Part shown: piece after piece, positions 15,886-26,950 of the stretch
Position numbering within the stretch: the first letter of the stretch is position 1
How the letters are laid out: each line of letters begins with the position of its first letter
Source: Basidiobolus meristosporus CBS 931.73
Taxonomy: Eukaryota; Fungi; Basidiobolomycota
Direction: 5' to 3'
NCBI GenBank assembly: GCA_002104905.1
Contig: MCFE01000223.1
Coordinates: forward strand, 1 to 64,000
DNA length: 64,000 bases
Made by a program: the position numbers and the translations under genes
Notes under the pieces: model-generated
Database searches by the model: none
What the model was told of the DNA's origin: nothing
The model's input: the letters and a program-made list of their open reading frames with translations, nothing else

Positions 15886-18012
15886 ATGGAGGATGATGAG
15901 GTATTTGAGCCTTACTATATCCTGTTATTTCTACTTTCCGCATCCAAGGAGGGCCTGATATTTTTGTATATCTAGACTCCATTTCTTCTACAATTCTATT
16001 TTCCCTTCAATTGCTCTATTTCTGTCCCAGTTGTTCACCCGTCAGTATACTTATCTCTTCACATAGTTATTCCAAAAGGCCAAGGAAATGAAGGCCCAAG
16101 AAGAGCAACAAAAGCAAAATGCTGAGAATCAAAGGATTCAAGAAGAATACGAAAGAGCAGCCCGTGTTCTTTTTGATATGGTATTATTTATACCACGCCA
16201 AGCCTACCAAAGGCATATACTAAACGTTCTTTAACCAGGTATCAGAGTCCAAAGATAGCGAATACAAAGTTCACCGTTTGGAAGTGAATGGCTCGAATTA
16301 TACCAGGTCCAGCGTATTTGAAACTGTGTTTGGACAGACTATGAAATCTCGAACCTTGGGCGAGATTATCAGCAATACTCGTGTTGCTGGAAGCCGCCTT
16401 CAGAGATTGGGGATTTTCAAAGACGTAGATATTACCTTTGATGCGGCTAAGGATCCTTTTGCTCCTCGCGATTCCATCGATATCTTAGTCAACGTCGAAG
16501 AGAGGAGCCGATTCTGGGCCAAGACCGGAACTGAGATTGGGGATGGTGAAGGAAATATGGTACGAATGGAGAATATTGCGATTAGCATGGCACATGTTCA
16601 TTAATTTCCCACCAAAGAATTCATCAGTCAACTTCCGAAACGCATTAGGAGCTGGAGAAACATTCGAGGCTAACGTTTCCTTCGGTACTCGAACCAGCTC
16701 TGCTTTCCAGGTAAATAATTCATTTGTGCACACGCGGCGAAACAAATTACAACCTTAACGCTTTCTGCAATAGGTATCTCTGTCGAAACCCTTGAATGCT
16801 AACCCTGATGCAGTTGTCGATGTTACTGCGTATCAACAATCCCGTAACAACAAGCTGTATAGTTCTCATGAGGAGCTAACTCGTGGTGGACTATTGCGTT
16901 TCAGAGTAAGTAGTGGGTTCGTGCAACCATCTAATGAATTCCATACTAATTTTGTGCTCAGGGTATTTCACGCTTCGGCTATCATGAGCTTGTCTACGAT
17001 ACTGTGTGGAGACAGATTCACAAACTCGACGACCTTGCTTCTCTCAGGTATGTTGACCTGATCTGTACATACATTACAGGGTTACTTAAGCGGTCCCTTT
17101 TAGTGTGAGAAACGAAGCTGGCCATTCTGTAAAATCCTCCATCGCCCATGTGTTCATGCACGATAGGCGCGATGACACCGTCTTGCCAAGTAGTGGCTAT
17201 TACCTGAGACTTGCACAGGTATATCCATTGATGATAAGCATACATTATAGTGCGTTTAATTGACTGTTCAATATAGGAATTCGCTGGTCCTGGTGGCGAT
17301 GTTAGTTTCGTCAAGAATGAAGTCGAGGCTCAAGCCAATTATAGCCTTGGTAGAGGATTTGTAAGTCAAGTTTGCTTGTTCTTTTACGCGAACTGAACGC
17401 TAACCTTGAAGTCAGATCCTTAGTTCTTCTTTACGTAGTGGACTCTTAGTGCCCTTGTTTGGGGAGAAATCACATATCAACGATCGCTTTTTCCTTGGTG
17501 GGCCTACTTCTGTTCGTGGTTTTAGATACGCCGGTATTGGCCCTAGAGATGGAAGTAAGATATGGCTACGTTGTACTTGGTGCTGAGCTGACCTAACTAA
17601 CACATGAATTGTCAATACTAACAGAGGATGCTCTTGGTGGTGACGTCTACTGGTCTGGCGGAGTAAGTCTGTACACACCACTTCCTAAAGTCAAAAGTGA
17701 AGCTCTTAAGGGGCATATTTTCGTCAATGGAGGTACCCTGCTTCCCTCTGTCGATATCAGTAAGTGTTGTCAATGTAACTTAGTAACAAACCCAGTTCCA
17801 AATATTTACCCGTTTGACCATTTTTAGCTAAGCCCGTTCCTGAAACAATCAACCGACTAGTTAAGACACCTAGTGTCGCTGTTGGTGCCGGCCTTGTGTA
17901 CAGACACTCGTTTGTTCGCCTAGAACTTAACGTGTGTCTACCAATCTCAGTTACCGCTACTGATCAATTCAAGAAGGGAATCCAGCTAGGCGTTGGCATG
18001 AGTTTCATGTAG
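15886..18012 (+). CDS. SAM50: Mitochondrial outer-membrane SAM complex core subunit (Omp85 family), multi-exon
   Basis: POTRA-like RLQRLGIFKDVDITFD; NDRFFLGGPTSVRGFRYAGIGPRD; DALGGDVYWSGG; terminal beta-signal ...FKKGIQLGVGMSFM*. Confidence 0.92.
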
Positions 18013-18975
18013 AGCATTTCATCCCACACATGATATTTGACGAAGCCCAACATTTTCTTTCGTTGTCTCTTAACACACTTGAACATACAGCAACTTGGTT
18101 CTGATTGCACACTATGCTAAAGAAAGTACAACTTCCTAAAATCTCCGGTCAATGTTAACCATCCAACCATACCGCAATTATTTATCCCATTCTCACGATG
18201 GCGGTTTCCATTGATTACTCATACATTTTGATAGTTTTCATATAAAGAGGCATTTCAACTCCATACCATGCCGGGTTTATCGGTTAGCAAATCCCTGTTC
18301 CCTTGACGAATCCCACTCTTACATATATTTATTATATGAATGCTGGTTCTTGCATTTTGCAATATATGTGTTTGATGTGACTAAATGGATGCCTCTATTG
18401 TATTCGTCTATCTTTATATGCAACATGACCTACAGCAGGCCAGCCGATCCTCACGTAGTATCGAGGCGAATGGGTGCTTGCTGGATACCCAAAGTAGACT
18501 TGAATGGGTTCCCACCGACCATATCTAGCACCGCATTCACAAAAGGCAAGTACCCTCGCTTAAATTCGATGGACCAAGGTGGTTCGTTGTACCCCCAGGA
18601 TGTAGGGGGATATGTCTTATGCTGCGACCCGTACACGAGGGATTTTGCAGATGGCTCATTTTATCCACATCGAAGAAGATGAAAGGGGCATTGCTTACGA
18701 AAACAATCGAGTAGGAATAGGCAATCCAATCGAAGTTACGTTCCACACAAGCCGGTAGAGTCATGGTGCATATGACGAGATAATGGTGTCCAGACATGGT
18801 GAAGATCCAAGGAAAGGTGCGCTCCCACAAACCATGCATGCCTAAACTGAATGGCCCCTATGCTCAACCACCGGATCTCTTGCTAATGGTGGCGATGGGA
18901 TTGTATAAAAGTCTCACGTACGTCCCTAAGAAAGGCATTCAAACACTGTCCAATCCAAGCTAATAATACGACACG

Positions 18976-19992
18976 ATGAAGGTGACACTTATGGCAACTC
19001 TTCTTTACATCGCCTCCATCTCCGCCCTACCCACTGGTGATTATTCCGGAAATGGGGCTGGAGGTTACGACGTCAAAGACTATTCTGGCGGAGGAAGTGG
19101 CCACGGTGGCTCCTATGATACTGGTAACCATGGAGGAAATGGGGGCGGCGGAGGTGGTGACCACAATTCCAATGGAAATAATTATGGTGGAAATGGTGGT
19201 GGCGGTAATGATAATAGCTACGATACTAAAGACTATGCAGGCGATCATGAAAAGGGCTACGGTGGCAATGGAGGTGGTAACGAAGGTGATTATGAAGGAG
19301 GCCATGAAGAGAGCTACGGCGGAAATGGAGGTGACCACGGCGGAGATTATGATGAGAGCTATGGTAGTAATGGTGGTGGTGATAGCTATGACACCAATGA
19401 CTATGGAGGTGACCATGAAGAGAGCAATGGTGGTGGCCATGAAGGAAATTACGAAGAGAGTTATGGTGATAACGGAGGTGGTGGCAGTGGAAATAGCTAT
19501 GACACTGAGGAATACGGAGGTAACGGCGGCGGCCACGGAGGCGATTATGAAGAGAGCTATGGCGGTAATGGTGGTGGTAGTGGAGGCGACAGTTACGATG
19601 CTGGAGATTATGGAGGTGATCACGATGATAGCTACGGTGGAAATGGTGGTGGTCATGGTGGCGACGATGAGGTAAGCTATGATGGTAATGGTGGTGGTCA
19701 CGGAGGCGACCATGAAGAAAGCTATGGTGGTAACGGTGGTGGTCACGGAGGTGATTACGAAGGAAGCTATGGCGGTAATGGCGGCGGTGGTAGTGGTAAT
19801 AACTACGATACCAAGGACTATAGTGGTGGAGGTCATGGAGGTGACCATGAGGGAAATTACGGTGGAAACGGCGGTGGCGGAAGCGGCTACGATACAAAAG
19901 ATTACAGTGGTAATGGATCTGGTCACAGAAGTTACAAGAGATCAGTTCAAGTCAGAAATATCTTGCGAGGCGTAACGCTCCGAGGGAACTAA
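18976..19992 (+). CDS. Secreted acidic Gly/Asp/Tyr repeat protein, array copy 1 (338 aa)
   Basis: Signal MKVTLMATLLYIASISA-LPTGDY; GG(D/N)H..SYGGNGGG repeats; ends YKR-SVQVRNILRGVTLRGN; TATAAAA at 18904. Confidence 0.9.
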   Translation: MKVTLMATLLYIASISALPTGDYSGNGAGGYDVKDYSGGGSGHGGSYDTGNHGGNGGGGGGDHNSNGNNYGGNGGGGNDNSYDTKDYAGDHEKGYGGNGGGNEGDYEGGHEESYGGNGGDHGGDYDESYGSNGGGDSYDTNDYGGDHEESNGGGHEGNYEESYGDNGGGGSGNSYDTEEYGGNGGGHGGDYEESYGGNGGGSGGDSYDAGDYGGDHDDSYGGNGGGHGGDDEVSYDGNGGGHGGDHEESYGGNGGGHGGDYEGSYGGNGGGGSGNNYDTKDYSGGGHGGDHEGNYGGNGGGGSGYDTKDYSGNGSGHRSYKRSVQVRNILRGVTLRGN

Positions 19993-20436
19993 GATACAAT
20001 CAGGTCCCATCATCTTGCTCTAGTCGCAGTATGAAGAACTCTGAAGAAGCGCAATTTATTCAGAGCCTCATCAATTCATTACATCACCCAAAGTTAGAAT
20101 AACGATACCAACCTGCTACCAAGAATATGATGTATTTTCAGGCCCAAGCTTGAGCTCAATATGCAAACCAATAAAGCAATCTTCATTTTACTTCATATCC
20201 CAGATCACTGATGAAACTCCAGAAATAATCGCTTGTTAGGGATTCCTAAGGTGATCAAAGTAGTAGATCAAACCATATTACAACCGGTATATTCCTCGAT
20301 CATCATTTGAGTATGCGAAATATATCCAAAAAAGCGTGTTCGTATGGGGCAGAACATGAAAACAATCATTCACTCACATCTAGAACTATTCACTATATGC
20401 AGATGAAGAGATGTAAGCTAGTGTACTAATGTGATC

Positions 20437-20520
20437 CACCTGCATCGATATGTACCATACATTAACAATGAGATGATAGCTAGATTCCACGGTTACACCG
20501 TATAGTGTGGGCGTATAAAA
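20437..20520 (+). promoter_or_regulatory. CACCTGCAT motif plus TATA of array copy 2
   Basis: CACCTGCAT 20437-20445; TATAAAA 20514. Confidence 0.6.
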
Positions 20521-20591
20521 GGTCTTGCCTGCGCTCATAAATATCATACAATTCAAAGCCGCTCCAAAGCCTCAACAATAACTGCATCAAA

Positions 20592-21371
20592 ATGAAAGTA
20601 GCCATTATCACAGCCCTTTTATATATCGCCTCTGTCTCGGCATTACCCACTGGTGACTACTCCGGCACTAGTGGTGCTGGGAGCTATGATGTCAAAGATT
20701 ACTCTGGTGGTGAGAGACACGGGGAAGGCAAAGACTACTCTGGTAGTGGGCATGGCAATGACCATGGTGAAGGATCCTATGATACCGGCAACCATGGAGG
20801 TAACAATGCAGGGTCAAGCGACAGCTACAAGAATGGAGACTATGAAGGTGGCCATGAGGAGAGCTACGGTGGTAATGGCGGTGGAGTAAGTGGTAGTGGC
20901 AGTGATGATACAACCGAGTACGAAGGTGGTCACGGCGGCAGTTATGGTGGAAATGGGGGCGGTCATGGTGGGGACAGCTACGATTCTAAGGATTATGGTG
21001 GTGACCATGACGAAGGCTATGGAGGAAACGGTGGTGGCCATGAGAGTGATTATGATGATGGTCATGGTGGTAATGGTGGTGGCGACAACTATGACACCAA
21101 GGACCTTAGAGGAGATCATGATGAGAGCTACGGTGGAAGTGGTGATGGCCATGAAGGCGACTATGATAATGGCAATGGTGGTGGCGGCAGTTACAATTCC
21201 AATGATTACGGAGGTGATCATGGTCAGAGCTATGATGGAAATGGTGGCGGTGAAAGCGGTAGCGGCTATGACACAAAGGACTATGGCGGCAATGGAGCTG
21301 GCCACAAGAGCTACAAACGATCAGTTCAACTCAGGGAGGCTCTACGAAGCATCGCTACAAAGAAGGCCTGA
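20592..21371 (+). CDS. Secreted acidic Gly/Asp/Tyr repeat protein, copy 2 (259 aa)
   Basis: Same signal, repeat and KR-tail architecture; tail SVQLREALRSIATKKA. Confidence 0.9.
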   Translation: MKVAIITALLYIASVSALPTGDYSGTSGAGSYDVKDYSGGERHGEGKDYSGSGHGNDHGEGSYDTGNHGGNNAGSSDSYKNGDYEGGHEESYGGNGGGVSGSGSDDTTEYEGGHGGSYGGNGGGHGGDSYDSKDYGGDHDEGYGGNGGGHESDYDDGHGGNGGGDNYDTKDLRGDHDESYGGSGDGHEGDYDNGNGGGGSYNSNDYGGDHGQSYDGNGGGESGSGYDTKDYGGNGAGHKSYKRSVQLREALRSIATKKA

Positions 21372-21917
21372 AATAACTACTAGCCTTGCCCCTTGACCAC
21401 GCTACGGTGCATGCTGTCTTCGTGTAGTGCATCTGATTCATGACATTACTCTCCGCTACTTCGCATGCTGTCCCCCTACGAATTGATGTTGGGAGACCAC
21501 TCTTAGCATAGACTCACTATTATTCCATTTTACCAGGCGATCAATTGCACCCAAAATACAGCCCAATAAAGCAATTCTCATCACACCCCAAATTATTTCT
21601 TTGTGTTTCTGCGTTACAATTTGGCGACGCTAGGCCTGCAGATTTCCTAAAATGACTCCGTAGTATCAGCATTTTGACCTTACATAATCACCAGAAATGT
21701 CAGCAAGCAATCCTGTCCTGGTGAAACCTCAATCACCTTCAAGATTTGTCACAATACAACAACCTATACCTAGCCTGTACCTTACCACAACCCACCACAG
21801 CAACATAGATCGGGTACGATGTGCTCTAGAAACAGGGTCCTGGTGCAGAAATGGGCTGCCTCAGGGACGATTAGCCGGATAAATATGATGGGGTTTGAGG
21901 ACTGCAATTCCATAGTA

Positions 21918-22010
21918 CACCTGCATACTAGCATTAATATGGGCCATATACCTATGCTCGGCAAATTGCAGATGTACCAAGTGGCCCTGACCTATTTGAG
22001 GGTGTATAAA
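21918..22010 (+). promoter_or_regulatory. CACCTGCAT motif plus TATA of array copy 3
   Basis: CACCTGCAT 21918-21926; TATAAA 22005. Confidence 0.6.
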
Positions 22011-22098
22011 TAGACTGGCGTCCTGCTCCTATCAAACATATTCCTCTCGCATCATTCTATTCGGGTCACAACTCAAGGACTAAAGCAAAAGCAACAAC

Positions 22099-22893
22099 AT
22101 GAAAGTAGCCCTCATCGCAGCCCTTTTATATATCGCCTCTGTCTCGGCATTACCTACTGGTGACTACTCTGGCAATGGTGGTGCTGGGAGCTATGATGTC
22201 AAAGACTACTCTGGTGGCGGGGGACATGGTGGTGGCAAAGACTACTCTGGTAGCGGGCATGGCAATGACCATGGTGAAGGATCCTATGATACCGGCAACC
22301 ATGGAGGTAACAATGCAGGGTCAGGTGACAGCTACAAGAATGGAGACTATGAAGGTGGCCATGAGGAGAGCTACGGTGGTAACGGCGGTGGAGTAAGTAG
22401 TAGTGACAGTGATGATACAACCGAGTACGAAGGTGGTCACGGCGGCAGCTATGGTGGAAATGGGGGCGGTCATGGTGGGGACAGCTACGATTCTAAGGAT
22501 TATGGTGGTGACCATGACGAAGGCTATGAAGGAAACGGTGGTGGCCATGAGAGTGATTATGATGATAGTCATGGTGGTAATGGTGGTGGCGACAACTATG
22601 ACACCAAGGACCTTGGAGGAGATCATGATGGAGGTTATGGTGGAAATGGCGGTGGTCGCGAAGGCGACTATGAGGAAAGTTACGGAGGCAATGGTGGAGG
22701 TAGTGGCGGTAGTTACGATACCACGGATTACGGAGGTAATCATGATCAGAGCTATGGTGGAAATGGTGGCGGTGAAAGCGGTAGCGGCTATGACACAAAG
22801 GACTATGGCGGCAATGGAGCTGGCCACAAGAGCTACAAACGATCAGTTCAACTCAGGGAGGCTCTACGAAGCGTTGCTATAAAGAAGGCCTGA
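22099..22893 (+). CDS. Secreted acidic Gly/Asp/Tyr repeat protein, copy 3 (264 aa)
   Basis: Same architecture; tail SVQLREALRSVAIKKA. Confidence 0.9.
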   Translation: MKVALIAALLYIASVSALPTGDYSGNGGAGSYDVKDYSGGGGHGGGKDYSGSGHGNDHGEGSYDTGNHGGNNAGSGDSYKNGDYEGGHEESYGGNGGGVSSSDSDDTTEYEGGHGGSYGGNGGGHGGDSYDSKDYGGDHDEGYEGNGGGHESDYDDSHGGNGGGDNYDTKDLGGDHDGGYGGNGGGREGDYEESYGGNGGGSGGSYDTTDYGGNHDQSYGGNGGGESGSGYDTKDYGGNGAGHKSYKRSVQLREALRSVAIKKA

Positions 22894-23420
22894 AATGACC
22901 TACTGATCATGTCCCTTGAATGTGTTTCTGTACGTGGAGTATGGGACTAACTCCGACCCTTTCCGTTTTCTATTTCTCACGTTACCATCCACCATAACAC
23001 TGTTAGAAGAGCACTTGTAGCTTTCATATTCCATTTTACCAGGTGATCTATCTCATCCAAAATACATCCTAATAAAGTAACTTTCATCATACACTAAGCT
23101 GTTATCACAGCTGCCCTGAGCATGGTCTAGCAGATGTTGATATAACCATATGCCTCCTTCACGATATATATCGTAATGCTACTCTTGAGTACTTATTATC
23201 TGTATGGCGCCATTGATGGATGGGGAGCAAAAGAAGCCATGGATATATCAGTTGATTCATTTGGATGCAGCAATCTAACATATTAATTCTTTGGTGCTAT
23301 CTAATGTGGTTTCAAAAGGTTGACTTTATTCGAATGTACGGATCCCCTAGCTCAAGTATACATATCACAACTTTTTCCCGATGCAGGTGACAAACCGAAA
23401 GTGATGGCAATGCAATGATC

Positions 23421-23512
23421 CACCTGCATATCTCCTTCAGTATACACCTTACATCTACTGTTGAGCTAAGAATAGAACTTGTCGGTAATCCAGTATCTTG
23501 GTTGTATATAAA
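23421..23512 (+). promoter_or_regulatory. CACCTGCAT motif plus TATA of array copy 4
   Basis: CACCTGCAT 23421-23429; TATATAAA 23505. Confidence 0.6.
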
Positions 23513-23600
23513 TGGGATCCTTCCTTACTCTTGTCTAACATATTCTTTTCGTACTGTTCCATTAGAGTCACAACCCAAGGACTAAAGCAAAAGCAACAAC

Positions 23601-24380
23601 ATGAAAGTAGCCCTCATCGCAGCCCTTTTATATATCGCCTCTGTCTCGGCATTACCCACTGGTGACTACTCCGGCACTAGTGGTGCTGGGAGCTATGATG
23701 TCAAAGACTACTCTGGTGGCGAGGGACACGGGGAAGGCAAAGACTACTCTGGTAGTGGGCATGGCAATGACCATGGTGAAGGATCCTATGATACCGGCAA
23801 CCATGGAGGTAACAATGCAGGGTCAGGCGACAGCTACAAGAATGGAGACTATGAAGGTGGCCATGAGGAGAGCTACGGTGGTAATGGCGGTGGAGTAAGT
23901 GGTAGTGACAGTGATGATACAACCGAGTATGAAGATGGTCACGGCGGCAGTTATGGTGGAAATGGGGGCGGTCATGGTGGGGACAGCTACGATTCTAAGG
24001 ATTATGGTGGTGACCATGACGAAGGCTATGGAGGAAACGGTGGTGGCCATGAGAGTGATTATGATGATGGTCATGGTGGTAATGGTGGTGGCGACAACTA
24101 TGACACCAAGGACCTTAGAGGAGATCATGATGAGAGCTACGGTGGAAGTGGTGATGGCCATGAAGGTGACTATGATAATGGCAATGGTGGTGGCGGCAGT
24201 TACAATTCCAATGATTACGGAGGTGATCATGGTCAGAGCTATGATGGAAATGGTGGCGGTGAAAGCGGTAGCGGCTATGACACAAAGGACTATGGCGGCA
24301 ATGGAGCTGGCCACAAGAGCTACAAACGATCAGTTCAACTCAGGGAGGCTCTACGAAGCATCGCTACAAAGAAGGCCTGA
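23601..24380 (+). CDS. Secreted acidic Gly/Asp/Tyr repeat protein, copy 4 (259 aa; near-identical to copy 2)
   Basis: Same architecture; tail SVQLREALRSIATKKA. Confidence 0.9.
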   Translation: MKVALIAALLYIASVSALPTGDYSGTSGAGSYDVKDYSGGEGHGEGKDYSGSGHGNDHGEGSYDTGNHGGNNAGSGDSYKNGDYEGGHEESYGGNGGGVSGSDSDDTTEYEDGHGGSYGGNGGGHGGDSYDSKDYGGDHDEGYGGNGGGHESDYDDGHGGNGGGDNYDTKDLRGDHDESYGGSGDGHEGDYDNGNGGGGSYNSNDYGGDHGQSYDGNGGGESGSGYDTKDYGGNGAGHKSYKRSVQLREALRSIATKKA

Positions 24381-24926
24381 AATGACTACTAGCCTTGCCC
24401 CTTGACCACGCTACGGTGCATGCTGTCTTCGTGTAGTGCATCTGATTCATGACATTACTCTCCGCTACTTCACATGCTGTCCCCCTACGAATTGATGTTG
24501 GGAGACCACTCTTAGCATAGACTCACTATTATTCCATTTTACCAGGCGATCAATTACACCCAAAATACAGCCCAATAAAACAATTCTCATCACACCCCAA
24601 ATTATTTCTTTGTGTTTCTGCGTTACAATTTGGCGACACTAGGCCTGCAGATTTCCTAAAATGACTCCGTAGTATCAGCATATTGACCTTACATAATCAC
24701 CAGAAATGTCAGCAAGCAATCCTGTCCTGGTGAAACCTCAATCACCTTCAAGATTTGTCACAATACAACAACCTATACCTAGCCTGTACCTTACCACAAC
24801 CCACCACAGCAACATAGATCGGGTACGATGTGCTCTAGAAACAGGGTCCTGGTGCAGAAATGGGCTGCCTCAGGGACGATTAGCCGGATAAATATGATGG
24901 GGTTTGAGGACTGCAATTCCATAGTA

Positions 24927-25019
24927 CACCTGCATACTAGCATTAATATGGGCCATATACCTATGCTCGGCAAATTGCAGATGTACCAAGTGGCCCTGAC
25001 CTATTTGAGGGTGTATAAA
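24927..25019 (+). promoter_or_regulatory. CACCTGCAT motif plus TATA of array copy 5
   Basis: CACCTGCAT 24927-24935; TATAAA 25014. Confidence 0.6.
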
Positions 25020-25107
25020 TAGACTGGCGTCCTGCTCCTATCAAACATATTCCTCTCGCATCATTCTATTCGGGTCACAACTCAAGGACTAAAGCAAAAG
25101 CAACAAC

Positions 25108-25827
25108 ATGAAAGTAGCCCTCATCGCAGCCCTTTTATATATCGCCTCTGTCTCGGCATTACCCACTGGTGACTACTCTGGCAATGGTGGTGCTGGGAGC
25201 TATGATGTCAAAGACTACTCTGGCGGCGGGGGACATGGTGGTGGCAAAGACTACTCTGGTAGCGGGCATGGCAATGACCATGGTGAAGGATCCTATGATA
25301 CCGGTAACCATGGAGGTAACGGTGCAGGTTCAGGCGACAGCTACAAGAATGGAGACTATGAAGGTGACCACGAGGAGAGCTACGGTGGTAATGGCGGTGG
25401 AGTAAGTAGTAGTGACAGTGATGATACAACCGAGTATGAAGATGGTCACGGCGGCAGTTATGGTGGAAATGGTGGTGGTGGCAGTGGTAACAGCTACGAT
25501 ACCAAGGACTATGGGGGTCATCACGATGATAGTCACGGCGGGAATGGTGACGGTCACGATGGCGACTATGAGGAGAGCTATAGCGGAAATGGTGGTGATC
25601 ATGGAGGCGAACATGATAATGGCAATGGTGGTAATGGTGGTGACAGTTATGATTCCAAGGATTATGGAGGTGATCATGATGATAGTTACGGTGGAAATGG
25701 TGGCGGTGGAAGTGGCAGCAGCTATGACACAAAAGACTACGGTGGTAATGGAGCTGGTAACAAGAGCTACAAAAGATCGGTTCAATTCAGGGAGACTCCA
25801 CGGAATACTGCTGTAAGGAAGGTTTGA
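25108..25827 (+). CDS. Secreted acidic Gly/Asp/Tyr repeat protein, copy 5 (239 aa)
   Basis: 5' half matches copy 3; tail SVQFRETPRNTAVRKV. Confidence 0.9.
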   Translation: MKVALIAALLYIASVSALPTGDYSGNGGAGSYDVKDYSGGGGHGGGKDYSGSGHGNDHGEGSYDTGNHGGNGAGSGDSYKNGDYEGDHEESYGGNGGGVSSSDSDDTTEYEDGHGGSYGGNGGGGSGNSYDTKDYGGHHDDSHGGNGDGHDGDYEESYSGNGGDHGGEHDNGNGGNGGDSYDSKDYGGDHDDSYGGNGGGGSGSSYDTKDYGGNGAGNKSYKRSVQFRETPRNTAVRKV

Positions 25828-26027
25828 AATGGCAAACTGGCCTTGTTTGTTGAGTATACCTCAGTGCGATGAGTGTAATTCTAGCCCTTCTAACCCAAAC
25901 CAGTACTATTCTTTATTTCCGGCGTTGCCACCTTTCAAATTTTCATGAGCAAAGCACCTACGACTCAAACGCATCCCCTTTCCACTCTACCGAAATTAAC
26001 ATTCCACCCAAAATACAACTCAATAAA

Positions 26028-26522
26028 ATGGCCTCCGTCGTACTCATAGTATCTATAATGACATTGAAACTTATTCATAGTTGTTTGTATAGTCAGGCAG
26101 ATGCTTAACAGTCTATCCTCAAGCGTAAAGTGGAGGTAGTGATTAAAGTGATGGAGAATACGATCACTAAACTAACAGCATCATTGTTATCCTAAATTAG
26201 CAACGTTTATGGACATTATAGTCGTGGCGATGGAAATTTGGGGAAAAGACTAAGAACGAAGGTGAAAGCGACGGTGGTTTTGAAGCTTAACCTACAGTGA
26301 ACCAATAGGAAGAGAGTGATAACATTGACAGTTGGTATGCAACTAGCCATGGATCAGGATGTTATGTTAGCAATGAGAGTACAACTTATGGAAATCAGCA
26401 GTTACGATGTGAAGAGGTGTGCAACTGCGGGGGGTGGAAAAATACATCCAAAAATGATCATCAATTTATTGCAATACAGCAAATCTCAAGCATCTCCTAA
26501 AGTTAGCCCAAACTACACCTGA
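26028..26522 (+). pseudogene. Possible decayed member of the acidic repeat family
   Basis: Hydrophobic N-terminal ORF after caataaaATG, stop-interrupted GGSD*SDGEYDH and EGESDGG segments, and SSYDVK (family motif GSYDVK). Weak. Confidence 0.25.
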
Positions 26523-26770
26523 GCTAAGCAATTTTTACATGCGGATCCTTTTAAGTCAGGCAGTTTGCACATCGTTGCCATGTCCTCCTGACATTTTCCC
26601 ACATGGCGATCACAGCAATACTGAAAAGTAGGTAGAGTTATGAATGAATTATGGAAACAATGAATTCCCACCGGGTAGATCATAAGTGAGTATAATACCC
26701 TTGCATAGAGAAGAATGCAAACTTAGAATTGAATCCCTGAATGAGAGCATGCTACTGCAAATCAAAGATC

Positions 26771-26862
26771 CACCTGCATGCCACCATTACGGTGCACCTC
26801 ACAACAATCCCAGCTTGAGAATGGTCCTCACAATCGATCTCGATCAATTTACCGATATAAAA
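26771..26862 (+). promoter_or_regulatory. CACCTGCAT motif plus TATA of array copy 6
   Basis: CACCTGCAT 26771-26779; TATAAAA 26856. Confidence 0.6.
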
Positions 26863-26950
26863 GCCCACTCACTCTTCATCCATATCAATCATACTCATCT
26901 CATAGCATACTACCACATTCACACCTTTAGAACAAAGCAATTGCATCAAA

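Larger units (their letters stand above)
20592..25472 (+). repeat. Tandem segmental duplication: about 20592-22463 vs 23601-25472 (offset 3009 bp)
   Basis: Copy 2 body, the following intergenic spacer and the 5' half of copy 3 are almost identical to copy 4, its spacer and the 5' half of copy 5. Confidence 0.92.

Noticed and set aside
18451-18839. Overlapping minus-strand ORFs (MHGLWERTF..., ...WGYNEPPWS...) as a gene
   Set aside because: They need a frameshift to join, have no recognisable domain beyond a short NEP, and start inside the copy 1 promoter region.
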